A stretch of DNA of 20,000 nucleotides, taken from NCBI GenBank assembly GCA_013265495.1, contig MU057640.1, positions 422,031-442,030 on the forward strand, written 5' to 3'. The position numbers and the translations under genes were made by a program. The notes beneath the pieces are model-generated. The model was not told where the DNA came from. It saw nothing but the letters and a program-made list of their open reading frames with translations, and did no database searches. Shown here piece by piece: positions 1 to 10,499 of the stretch. How positions within the stretch are numbered: position 1 is the stretch's first letter; each line of letters begins with the position of its first letter. The stretch comes from Vicugna vicugna. Lineage: Eukaryota.

Positions 1-39
1 ATGATAATCGAAGTGGGTTAATAATTGTAGTGATAAGAC

Positions 40-700
40 TATGAGGGAGTTGGGATAGGGAGTATTAGGGAAAGACAGTTGAAAATAAGATGGCCAGGGA
101 AGATCTCACTGAAAAAGTGACATCTGAGGGTCGTCTGGGGGAAGAAGATTCAAGGCAGAGAGAGCAGCAAGTGCAAAAGTCCTGAGGTGGAAGTGTGCCT
201 AAGGTTTTGAAAAATAGCAAGGAGGCCAGTGTGGCTGGAGCAGAGTTAGAGAGAAGGAGAGTAGCAGGAAAACTTTGACTTATCTTTGGAGTTGGGAACC
301 CATTGGAGGGTTTTTACAGCATCACCCTGGCTGCTGAATTCATAGTAAACGGAGGGAGCAGGGGCCAAGCAGGGAGACCAGTAAGGAGGCAGTGGCTGGA
401 ACCAGGGTGGTAACTGTAAAGGCTAGATTTGAAATACATATTACAGATATGTTTGACAGCTTCTGCAAAGGAACTGGAAGTGGGGAAGTGGGGCGTGACA
501 ACAGGAGAAGCATCACAGATGACTCCCAGGTTTTTGACCTGAGCAAGTAGAAGAATGAGATCCCTGAGATCGTGAGAATCGGAAGCAGCAGACATGTGTG
601 GGTCCAGTTTTGCCCTTGTTATGCTTGAGATACTGATTCAACATCTGGGTGGAGATGTCCAGTTGGCAGGGGTGTTGTTGCACCTGCCCTGGTTGGACCA
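40..700 (-). mobile_element. LINE-2 fragment, antisense
   Basis: Purine-rich sequence with typical reverse-strand L2 phrases (ggccagggaagatctcactgaaaaagtgacatctgag; gcaaaagtcctgaggtgg; ggaggccagtgtggctggagcagag; gatgactcccaggttttt; gtggagatgtccagttggcag). Boundaries approximate. Confidence 0.85.
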
Positions 701-845
701 CTACCCAGGGAGGAGATTAGGATGTGGTCCAGTGAATCTTATGGGGACCCGGATGCAGATTGGTTGCTCCAGAGGCACAGGGAACTGTCTCTGACTGTGT
801 ACCATAGCACTTTAATTAAAAAAATTATTTTTAAAGCATATTTGG

Positions 846-970
846 ATTCAATTCAAGAAATATTTACCAGCAACAACTATATGCCAGGCATTGTGCTAGG
901 TGCTGAGGATAAAACACAAAAGTAGGACTGAGGATTTTTGTCTCTTGAGAGTTTATAGTCAGAGGGGGAA
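846..970 (-). mobile_element. LINE-2 3' end fragment, antisense
   Basis: attcaattcaagaaatatttaccagcaacaactatatgccaggcattgtgctaggtgctgaggat resembles the reverse complement of the L2 3' terminus. Confidence 0.8.
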
Positions 971-1717
971 AGAGTGCAAAGCATGCATTCTATTAGGACA
1001 ATGGTAAATCCACAATTAATATGATAGACCCTACATCTTGATAAATACATTAAAACCTTTACTCATCACACTCTGTTGCCATTGTGATACAGGAAGAAAA
1101 TTTGAACTTGTGGTTTTTCCATATTGAAATTTTTTTTTTTTTTGGCCAAGAACGTTGATTTGGAAGTCCTTTTGCACTGAGTGCAGGCATAAGTGATACA
1201 CTGAACAATGCTAAACGTTTTCCCATGACCAGACATTCACATAGGAGGTCCTTGGTTGTATTATTGAGGTCATATAAGTCATTCCTGGCAGGGAAGTTTT
1301 GTTTTTAAAAACTGCTACATTATGCATGCTGGTAAAACTTTACCTAGTTCAGCCTGAAATGTTGATGTGAAACCTTTGTCAAAGTGGAGGCAGAGGTTAT
1401 TAAAAACTCTGATACGAATGTGGCTTGTGGTGGACCTGGCATGGGGAGGCCCTGCTGCCCTTTCCTCTACCATCATTTACTTATTTGGTGGTTGCCTTGT
1501 TTTGGTCTCTTTGTCCCATGAAATGGGGAACTGGGTTGGCGTGTGTTGTTGGGTGGTAGTCTGTCTCTTGGTAGCAGATCATGTCTTTATTTTGGACAAG
1601 ATCTCACATGATTCAGGGGTGACTTGGAGAATATAGCCCTGACCCTAAATCTTGGAGGGTTGGGGTGGTGACATTTATAGTAGCTCCTTCTCCGACATGA
1701 AAACTCTGCAAAGGTGG

Positions 1718-1813
1718 CACTTTCATCTTGTTCACCATCGATCCCTAGCCCCTGACTCAATGCCTGGCACAAAGTAGGTGGTTGACAAGTATTTGTTAAG
1801 TAGACGAGTGAAA
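1718..1813 (+). mobile_element. LINE-2 3' terminal fragment
   Basis: cttgttcaccatcgatccctagcccctgactcaatgcctggcacaaagtaggtggttgacaagtatttgttaagtagacgagtgaa resembles the L2 3' end. Confidence 0.75.
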
Positions 1814-2189
1814 CATGCCCCCATCCCCTCCACCAGCCAAGCTGCTCTCCTTTTAAATAGACAGAGCCTGATAGTAGCTGACTTTGGACAGTGGTGTCTT
1901 GGGAGTACTGCTCAGGCCCATGCCATCTGTCCCCTGGGCAAGGGTAAGTTCAGACAGAGTGGCCTGGGCACCAAAATCTAGCAACAGACCTGATGGATGC
2001 TTCTAGAAGGTTTGGGGGAATGGTGTGGGAGTGAAAGGAAGCCCCAGAAAAGAATGAAGTTAAACGTAATAGTGAAAGGGAAGAGTTAGTTTAGGATGAT
2101 GAAAAGCTGAGGTAGGAAGACTACTGGCTGGGGTTTAGCTTTTGGGAGATACTGCTTCCCTGTTAGCCTTGAAAAGGTTCCTCTTTTGC

Positions 2190-2468
2190 TGTATATTATG
2201 AAAAATTTCAAACATACATGGCATAATGAATTCTCATAGACCCATCACTCAGCTTTAATAATTAGCAACTCATAGCTAGTCTCACTGACAGCCTACCCTG
2301 ACCCTCCCACACGAGGGATTATTTTGAAATAAATCCCAGACGTCATTTTATCTCTATTTGAGTGTGTCTCTGCAAAACACAAGGATTCTTTTAAAAAACA
2401 TAGTCACAATCTCATTGGAGTTAACAATAATTTCTCAATATTATAAAATATCCAGTTAGTGTTGAAAT
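2190..2468 (-). mobile_element. Old L1 (L1MC-like) 3' UTR fragment
   Basis: tattatgaaaaatttcaaacatac...acccatcactcagcttta...ggattattttgaaataaatcccagacgtcat...aataatttctcaatatta...aatatccagt resemble L1MC4/5 3' ends in antisense. Confidence 0.65.
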
Positions 2469-2515
2469 ATATATATCTGCATCTATAGGTATGTGTATGC
2501 ATATAAACATACATA

Positions 2516-2566
2516 TCATCATCATTATTGTTGTTGTTGTTGTTGTTATTATTATTATTATTATTT
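2516..2566. repeat. Compound microsatellite (TCA)n(TTG)n(TTA)n forming the SINE tail
   Basis: Directly visible: tcatcatcattattgttgttgttgttgttgttattattattattattattt, adjacent to the SINE 3' end. Confidence 0.95.
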
Positions 2567-2568
2567 AA

Positions 2569-2647
2569 TGGAGGTACTGGGGATTGAACCCAGGACCTCA
2601 CGCATGCTAAGCACATGCTCTACCACTGAGCTGTTAACCTGCCCTCC
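2569..2647 (-). mobile_element. tRNA-Ala(AGC)-derived SINE, vic-1 type (camelid)
   Basis: Reverse complement is GGAGGGCAGGTTAACAGCTCAGTGGTAGAGCATGTGCTTAGCATGCGTGAGGTCCTGGGTTCAATCCCCAGTACCTCCA. It has an A-box (AGCTCAGTGG), anticodon loop CTTAGCAT, B-box (GGTTCAATCC), CCA end and an (AAT)/(AAC) tail. Confidence 0.88.
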
Positions 2648-3059
2648 ATATATATTATTGTTTTAGTGGTATTTTGAAATGAATTTATTTTTATAAAAAT
2701 GTTATATATTTGTTACTAAAAATTCAAGCAACACAAAAATGTAAAAAGATGAGGGCAGAAACATCACCCCAGGTCTATTAGATGAACGTCATTTCAGATA
2801 CCTCTCCATGTGTATATTTACAAAGAAGAATAGAAGTTGAGTATAAATGCTTCTTAAAGTCAGAAATACTTTTTTATATTAAAAAGAAATCACTGAGTAG
2901 TATAAGAGCTGAAAGGGCACCCAAGGCTCTTGAGCTTTTGTAGAAGGCAGGGCTCTGCCTCCGTTATGTTTATACACCACTCCCCCATCACTCAGGTGGC
3001 ACTCAGGTGGTCAATAACTACAGTTTAAATTGAAGGGACCCTTAAGAAATTTCTCAGTC

Positions 3060-3175
3060 ATCTTATGGGATAGGATGGCCCATGAGTTGAAATCACTTGC
3101 CTAGATCCCACAGCTGGGCAGGGCACACGTGAGGCTGGAGCCCGTGCTCCCAGGTCCTGTTTCTGTGGTCTCTCT
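3060..3175 (-). mobile_element. MIR fragment, antisense
   Basis: gttgaaatcacttgcctagatcccacagctgg...ggctggagccc...caggtcctgtttct resembles the reverse complement of the MIR 5' half. Confidence 0.5.
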
Positions 3176-3199
3176 AGCCCATGGGATTGGGCTGTGCAT

Positions 3200-3422
3200 C
3201 AAAGTGGTTCAGTGCACAAGCTTGGAGTTAGAAACACCCGGGTTTGATTCTACTCTGACTCTCCTCCTGTGACTTAGTGACTATGAGACCTCTTCACCCA
3301 CACACTTTACCTACCAAAGGGCTGTTGTGAAGAGTAAAGGAGATACTGCCTAAAAAGCCTACAGCATGCTTCCTAGCACGTACCAGGCACCAAATAAACA
3401 CTGACTGGAATTGTTATTATTA
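3200..3422 (+). mobile_element. MIR SINE (internally deleted)
   Basis: agtggttcagtgcacaagcttggagttagaaacacccgggtttgattc...acctaccaaagggctgttgtgaagagtaaaggagat...cctagcacgtaccaggcaccaaataaa. Confidence 0.75.
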
Positions 3423-3809
3423 TTTGTAGTAAGAGCAGCAGCAGTAGTGATAGTATCATTATTTTCTAGAATAGTCAACTGGAACTCAAAGAAAGCTCAA
3501 CCCTCTCCCCGCCCGCACTCCCCTCAGCTTCCTAGTTGCAGATGGAACACAGTCTGTAACTCTGACTTTTGCTTTCTTCCTGCCACTGGGGAGAAAAGAT
3601 TCATTCATGTGGGAATCCTTTTCCTGTATTGCATCAGCTTCTCGTTGGCCGTTTGGTGGTCAAGGTTCGTGTGTCTTCTCTCTGTATGTAGTTTAGTGGT
3701 GCTGCCTTAACAAGAGCTTTGCAAATAATTATTCTAAGCTCTTCAAATAGAAACGCCGGGCAAAGGGCTGGGTGCAAGACATCTGGCCTTCCTGGTTGCC
3801 CCTTCAGTC

Positions 3810-3822
3810 TGCTGACTCAGCA
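3810..3822. promoter_or_regulatory. Perfect T-MARE (Maf recognition element, AP-1 core)
   Basis: TGCTGACTCAGCA is an exact 13-bp match to the T-MARE consensus, in repeat-poor sequence. Function not demonstrable from sequence. Confidence 0.5.
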
Positions 3823-5259
3823 GCTTTTCCAAGGCCCTCCTCCAGGCCCTGGGTCTGTCAGGTCACTAATGGAATCTGCTGGAAGCAAATTAACTCATGA
3901 TAAAAGGGCTAACAAATCACTCCAGCTGTTGGTGTCTGCCCCAGGATGGCTGGCACTGCCCCACTCACTCCTAAGACCTCACCTCACATTTCATACCTCT
4001 CCCAGGGAGCCCCACTTTCTCTTGCATGGTTACTAGGAGCACAAGGGCTGAGCTGCAGCCTCAGCCCCGCACAGCAGACCTCGGGCCTGTGCACGCGAGA
4101 AGGCCATCTGTGCGACCTGACGCGCCTTGCTGTGTGGCAGGCCTGAGAGCTGGCCCCGTACATTATTCACACTTCTGGGTTTAGACTGGCTTAACCAATC
4201 CTCCAAGTCAAGGCTGGGACGAGAGGGGGTGGGTGGCAGGGCAGGTCTTAATCATGGTCTCTCCTTCTTCCCTGATCACATACATGCTCTTTTCAAAATA
4301 TTGTCTCCTGTGGGGTGGGACCCATGTTCCACCTGGGTCTGTTCCGTTCCCTTGGAATTCCTGGAATGCAGCTTCCCTCCCTAGACCTGTGCCGGGCTTA
4401 AGGGGGGCTTTTGCAAAGCAGGCTGGGAAATGCCTGCCTCCTTCCAGAAGTGGCAGGTTGCCACTGTGACATTCTTCTTCCCCTCTCTCCTCAGCCCTCT
4501 CACCTCCCCTGAAGTCACCTCATTCCTGAGTAAATTGAGGTGTTCTGGTGGGGGTCCTGCTGGCTGCAATAGGGTGATGAGAGAAGAAGGAAAGATGATC
4601 TCCTTCTGCCTCTGAGAGAGGGGTCCGGGGGAGGATTTTGTGGGGTCAGAGAACCCCCAGCAGCATCCTGTGATGCTTGTGGAAGAGAACTTGAGAAATG
4701 GAATGGAGATGGGGTGGTGATGGATACTGTGCCTGGGGCAGAAGGAACCATAGACATCCTCCTTCTTGTTCTGTCAATGGAGAAAGTCCACGTCCTTGCC
4801 TGAAGCCATCTCATGAAATGAGCTGTACGCTAGGGCCCAAAGAATAGGCCGGGCCGCAGAAGATGCTCATTAAACACTTGTTTCTGTCTTTGCTTCCAAT
4901 TCACCCATCTCTTTGATAGCAGTGGTTGATCTTAGATTCAAGAACATAAGTCTTCTGACATTTCCTAAGAACTGAAATTACACCTGAGTGCAGGAATCAT
5001 TATCTGGGCTACTGCTGATCACTCATGCCTTGAGCCATTAAAGCCCCCTAAGGTACGAGGGCCCAGCTAACAGAGCCCAAGTGTTCACTCCTGATACTGT
5101 CTTCTTTCCTGGCCTCATGATCCAGGGATGCCCATGTTTTTACTTTGCACCAAATCGACACATGGATTAAAGAGTCAGTAGAGTCCTTTGCTTTCCTTAA
5201 TACCCCTTTGGCCAGTGGGACTCTGAGACTGTCTTAGTTAAAAGGCTCTCTGTGCAGAA

Positions 5260-5553
5260 GCATGGTGAGGTCAGAGAGAGAGCTCCGGGCTGGGACACAG
5301 GAGGCCTGAGTTCTGTGTCTTCAGGTGGCTGAGTCTTCGAGACACAACCCAAGAGGTCTTCATTGACCGATATCACTGGAGTGCATTTCAGTGTTCTGAA
5401 CTGACTGAAGCTTCGTCTACAAACCACGCTGCCCTGGTCAGTTCACCACTCTGTGCCTCAGTTGCTTTTTCTGTATGACAGGGCTAATAATAACGGTCTA
5501 CTATCTCTCCAGGGATAATGATGAGATGGCATATGTGAAATCTCTTTGAAAAC
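5260..5553 (+). mobile_element. MIR-family SINE (interrupted or degraded)
   Basis: Head gcatggtgaggtcagagag...gggctgggacacaggaggcctgagttct, and core ctctgtgcctcagttgctttttctgtatgacagggctaataataac...gagatggcatatgtgaaatctctttgaaaac. Confidence 0.65.
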
Positions 5554-6495
5554 AAAGGGTGAGTTCAATTCCTAGTTCCCTTATTTGTATTGTACTATAT
5601 TATATTTTTTTTCCTGTCATGACAAATATACCATTTGAGAGATCATTTCATTCATCTCATAGATAAAAAGATAGCAAGGTAAGCGTACATCATCCTTGTT
5701 TAATAAATCAGAGCGATCGTCACTGGTGAGTCAGTACTGGAGCGGGCAGGAGCTGGGCCCTGGGCCTCCCAGTTTGGTCTCCCCGCCCCTCCTGCCTGTT
5801 ACTTTTTCGTATTCCATATCAAAGTCTCACTCGTTCTTTCAAGTCCTATGTAGTCTGGGCTCTGATCATCCGGGGACTGCACAATTCTTATTAATATTAA
5901 AGGTGAGGATTTTCTTAGCCTACTTCCCTTCATTTCTAAATCAGTCTTAGGAAGGAGAGGGCAAAAGTAGAATTGGAAGGACATCTGTGCCCCCCAAGGA
6001 ATACCTTCTGGTTTGTTGCAAATTCGGGCTCCCTCTGGTGACTTTAAGGATTGTGATGAGTGAACTGTGAACAGTAACTGGTTAGCTGCAGAACTTCTTT
6101 GACTATTAGAGTTTTGATTTCAGGGTCAGGCTAAAATCGACAGTCTGATCCTGCTGGCCAGCTCTGCCAAATAAGAGGCTTTCAAGAGACCCAGAGTGTA
6201 CATTTTCCTTCATGTAAGATTCCCAGTCACTGATTTGCTGATAACAACTACATCTAGCTGTATGTGTGGGCAAAACAGATGTGAAAGTTTTCTAAATGAA
6301 TTGGATTTTCCTATTGGCCTCATCACTTCAATCCTAGTGTTTTTTTTTTAATTTCATTTCTAATTACTTTGCAATTCGTAAGTAAGTGCCCCTTTGAGAT
6401 TAGATCTCCATTTCTCAAGCTTCCAATGGAAGTGTTCTCTAAATAAACACTTAAATGATGGAAGAGGTTGGTGTCACTTGAAAAGTCCATTCTTT

Positions 6496-6677
6496 TTAAA
6501 TGTTTTAGAAATTTTTAATTGAAGTGTAGTTGATTTATAATGTTAGTTTCTGGTGTACAGCATAGTGATTCAGTTATATACACATATATGTATATATTCC
6601 TTTTCATATTCTTTTTCAACATAGATTATTACAAGATATTGAATGTAGTTTCCTGTGCTCTACAGCAGGACCTTGTT
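6496..6677 (-). mobile_element. 5'-truncated L1 3' end (artiodactyl type) with 15-bp TSD
   Basis: ttgaagtgtagttgatttataatgttagtttctggtgtacagcatagtgattcag...ttcctgtgctctacagcaggaccttgtt, flanked by the exact direct repeat AAAAGTCCATTCTTT at 6481-6495 and 6678-6692. Confidence 0.9.
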
Positions 6678-7479
6678 AAAAGTCCATTCTTTAAGAGAAG
6701 AAAAAGATGATTTTAATAACTGGAGGGATTCGAGCCCATCAGTTGGTGGTGTAAGTTTTTTTGTGTGTTCTGACCATTCACAGGGACCGAGCAGTGGGAG
6801 TAGGGTGCATGCCCCACTTGTGCAGAATGATGGCTTTTCAGCTCTGCTGCTCAGATGATCCCTAGGGAAGTCAAGTCTAGCAGCCTCAGTTGTTTTCCAG
6901 GTCTTGGAGCTACATTTCTGCCTCGGGGTCCGCCTGATGCAGCTTCACCTTCCTCCTCTGTGAAGTGGGTTTCAAGATCTTGTCCTTTCTTAGCTTGGAG
7001 CATTCTGGATGAAGCGATCTGAATGTTGACAATATTGTCAAGAAAGTTTATAGTATTTTTTTGTGTAAAAGAGAGCAAGATATTTCCAAAACCTACTGGC
7101 TTAATTTTCATTAGGTGGTGGGACAAAATGCAACATGTAGGGGAAAAAATGATCTTAGAGTAATTTTTTATTTTATAATTTTAAATATTTAAGAAGTGAC
7201 ACCCTGATTGTAAGAAAAAAAAAAAAGCACAGTACAGAAGGGCATAAAATGAGGGGGAAAAAAAAGAATAGGGAAAAAAAAATGCCCATTCTGCTTTCCA
7301 CAATTAAGAACATTTTTGTTTTTTATGAACAGGTTTTTTATTTGTATATTTTTTATGCCTCTGAAAGCATGCACATGTGTATACCAGGCTATGTCAGAAT
7401 AGCTGTTGGTAGTTGAATTAAAAAAAAAATCAGTCGTAGGGTGATTTCCCTTCTTCCTTTCTTTTTTTTTCCCTAAACA

Positions 7480-7556
7480 CCTCTATTGTGTGATTCCTGT
7501 ACAGTAAACTACACGCATCTCAGATGTACAATTTGATGAATTTTGATAGATGTACC
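7480..7556 (-). mobile_element. Short old L1M 3' end fragment
   Basis: acagtaaactacacgcatctcagatgtacaatttgatgaattttgatagatgta is typical of antisense L1MD/ME termini. Confidence 0.5.
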
Positions 7557-8149
7557 TTATTTCTTTGACTGCATGGTAAGTTGAGAGAAAACTCATTCAG
7601 GCCCTTTAGGAAAATCTTTTCTAGAAAAACTGAAATATCCCCAATAAGCCTATAACTTGCACATGGCATGGGCTCTGTTCAGTGATGCAAACAGTCCATA
7701 GTGTGTGGCAAAGAACTTAAGTTTTTGACAAAACACAGACTAAAAACATTCAGTGTGGAAATCAGTGTGTAAGGTTACTGACTGTGTGGAGAAGAGATTG
7801 TGGGGTGTTTTTATGATATTTTTATCAGCAGCACACAATTTTTCCAGGTATCTCAGATCAAAATATTAAAGCTGGACTAAACGTGTAACGCGAGAATGTG
7901 TGACGTTTATGGCCAAGCACAGTGAAAGGCTGTGATGCTTTGAGTGTGAGCGGTGGGAAGCTCTGGGTTGGCTCTCTAAAGATGGAAAGACCAGCCAGGC
8001 AGAGGATGGCCTCTGTGTACACACACCAATCCTCCCCCTCTCCCTTTCAAGAAACGGGTAGGGGTACCAAAACAATTGGATCCTGATTTCAGTTTTTCCT
8101 CCCACATGCAGTGGCAATTAGACTCTCAATAAGGGGTTTTGAGCCCGAG

Positions 8150-8870
8150 TCCAGTCGTCTGAACTCTTTCTCTGGTTCCTGGCTTGGCGCACACACAGCT
8201 GCGCTCCGGGTTCCCACCCTGTTTCACTTTGCAGCCTCCTCTGGGATGGGGCAGTAGGAGCCTTGAGGGGCAGCCTCAAAAGCAGTGGCTTCTCCGCCGC
8301 CTCCTCCTTCACCCCAATTCCTTAGGTTCATTCTTCTCCCGCAACTTGACTCTCTCCGGAGAACGAGATCTCGGGCCTGGAGCCCAGTGCTCTGTTTTCT
8401 CCTCCGCCCTCCCTTCCACTACCTGCGGCACCCCTTAGCTTCCACATCCTCAAAAGGGATAATGTTCTCCTTGAAAGCGTCTTTTGAGGATTAATTGATG
8501 TTTGCTCTATGCTTTGAAGAGAGAATCCTATCAAGTCGCTCTGCTGTCCTCAAAGCTGGCCCTGGTTCCAGCTGGTGCCCGGCCCGGCCAATCAGGATGC
8601 AGGCTGAGCGCGCCTCTCATTGGCTGCCTTTCTGGGCATATCTTTTGCCTGCTCAGAACCCACAGTAGAAGGGCGATTACCCAAATAGGAGGCACAGATC
8701 CTCAAGTGGACATTTTGTGCATTGTGCGGTTTTCACTTGGAGAAGGAGTATTTGCATCAAAATGATCATCCCTGGGGAAGTCAGTTTGTGGCCATCTGTG
8801 ACATTTTCTCTGTTGGAAATTGTTCTTTTCTCTCTCTCTCTTTTTAAAAAAGCTTTATAAGTGTAGGAGC
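8150..8870 (+). promoter_or_regulatory. Candidate promoter or enhancer (moderately CpG-enriched, repeat-free)
   Basis: GC box CCTCCGCCCT 8401-8410; ggCCAATca 8588-8592 and inverted ATTGG 8619-8623; RUNX TGCGGTTT 8725-8732; AAGTGAAA (reverse) 8731-8738; octamer ATTTGCAT 8750-8757; EBF TCCCTGGGGA 8769-8778; ETS GGGGAAGT 8774-8781; E-box CATCTG 8793-8798. Strand inferred from the downstream splice donor. Confidence 0.6.
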
Positions 8871-8873
8871 AAG

Positions 8874-8975
8874 ATGAGTTATAATCTGCCACCTCTCAAA
8901 GAAGTCCCTTTGCCAGGCCGTTTATATGTTAATTGCGTATGGTTTGGGGAGGAAAAGGATGTTACCTGGTTCACG
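8874..8975 (+). other. Candidate exon segment: ATG to splice donor, 34 codons (MSYNLPPLKEVPLPGRLYVNCVWFGEEKDVTWFT)
   Basis: aagATGa (A at -3) at 8874, open frame up to a strong donor ACG|GTAAGC at 8975/8976 (phase 0), immediately downstream of the promoter-like region. No protein homology recognised. Confidence 0.3.
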
Positions 8976-9690
8976 GTAAGCGTTGTCATCTCAATGAATT
9001 CTTTGTTAGAGTTGTTTAATCAAAGACATAGAAGCTGCAACCTACTTATTGGAAAGACGCACATAATGCAGTGTGAGTTAAGAACCTAAGTGTTCTAAGG
9101 AGAAGATGGATAAGAAGAAGGAAAAAGTTTGTTTTAAGGACAGCCCAAACAGGCAGTTAGGAAAAAAAAAAAAAAACCAACAAAAAACCAACAGTCCAAG
9201 ACAGCTTAGTTGTCTTGTCGTCATGGAGGACAAAGCTAGAGAGCAAAGCCAGCCAAGCATGCTGGGGTCCTCTTCCAACTCCTCGGATGGGTGTTAGGAT
9301 GGGACAAGAGACTGAGGGTCTGCTGCTGATGGTTCCAGTGGGAGCAGCCTTGCCTGGGCCGCCTGTGAGTCCTCCAGCATCTGATCCTTATAAATTCTCT
9401 CAAGCACTTGGCAGGGGTGGGAGGGTAGTTTTTGTTTCTCAGCACAGGTCTTACTAATAGAATTTTTACTTTTCTAAATTATATTCCTGGGATTCTGGAA
9501 AAATCAAAGATATGGTAACCCCAAACCTTCATTCCATCAAGGAGCCATCAGCAGCTGCTGCCCCTTTTGATGCAGCAGTGGGACAGACACTAGTTCACCA
9601 CTTGGGGCAAATGATGACTTCTCACTTGTATGGGAAGTTACTGAGAAGACAGTGTTTATCCAGAATCATATGTATGAGTACACATGTGTC

Positions 9691-9713
9691 ACATACACAC
9701 ACACACACACACA
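9691..9713. repeat. (CA)n microsatellite
   Basis: acatacacacacacacacacaca, directly visible. Confidence 0.9.
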
Positions 9714-9974
9714 TCATCCAGGATTCAGGCCCAGAGGGTATTACAGTATAGAAAGGTCATATCTCAGCAGGTTCAGCGTGTATAATCTGAATGACAGATT
9801 TGAGAAAATTTAATCTGGGGGTGAGATGAGGAGAATCAGATTATCATGGTACAAGATAAAAGAGGTGTTTGTGACCTGTGTGTCGAAAAATAAAGTACCT
9901 TTCTTTGGCATGCCCATGCGTTTGGAGCAGCAGTGTGGAGGAGGGTAGTGATCAGAGAGAGGCAGGGTCACGGG

Positions 9975-10048
9975 ACCTGTATTTAAACCTGTGTGATGGT
10001 CTGGACAGTGCCTGGGACACTCAGGCACTCAATAAACATTATCTAATG
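9975..10048 (+). mobile_element. L2/MIR shared 3' terminal fragment
   Basis: ggacagtgcctgggacactcaggcactcaataaacattatctaatga. Confidence 0.55.
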
Positions 10049-10151
10049 ATAGCCAGCCATGGATTTGCTGAGGAACGCAACTTTGAGACCTGGAAGAATA
10101 ATCTCTCCACCCTCTCTCAGTTTGCTTATCAGCAAAATGGGGCCATCGCAG

Positions 10152-10499
10152 CAGGCACTGCAAACACAAAAGCCCGCAGGGGCCAGAGAGGCTGTGTCAA
10201 TGAATGAAGGGGTGTCTGGAAGGGAAAAGTATAACAGGGAATGGAGGGGACTGTGGTAAACTGGAAGTTCATGTCCACCCAGTGGGATATCCAAATTCAA
10301 CTCCAGCCATTTGCCACATGGGAAGGAAGGCCCATTGTTGCCAGGACTCTTGATTTTTTAAGAGAGGCTTGAAATCTGAGTGTGTAAAACTCTAATAACT
10401 TTTGATTTAGTTAATTGAGTCATCAAAAAGCATAGTACAACCAACAAAACGTTCTCGGAGGCCATATTTGAAGCATAGGCCCTAGGTTTGCAACACCTG
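10152..10499 (+). mobile_element. MER102-like hAT-Charlie non-autonomous DNA transposon, near full length
   Basis: Imperfect terminal inverted repeats CAGGCACTGCAAAC and GTTTGCAACACCTG. Internal phrases (caggggccag, ggggactgtggtaaactgga, ggcccattgttgccag, ttttttaagagaggc, caacaaaacg) match the recalled MER102 consensus. No 8-bp TSD remains. Confidence 0.8.

Noticed and set aside
2404..2616. 70-aa ORF with a poly-Asn tract
   Set aside because: It is a translation of the SINE and its microsatellite tail.
2569..2647. Functional tRNA-Ala gene
   Set aside because: The 5' end is extended, the acceptor stem is disrupted, CCA is genomically encoded and a simple-repeat tail follows. These are SINE hallmarks.
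3060..3422. Inverted MIR pair as a dsRNA hairpin
   Set aside because: Both copies are too diverged for extensive pairing to be seen.
9140..9200. A-rich tract with ACAGCCCAA/ACAGTCCAA flanks as a mini retro-insertion
   Set aside because: The flank similarity is short and imperfect and no element body is recognisable.
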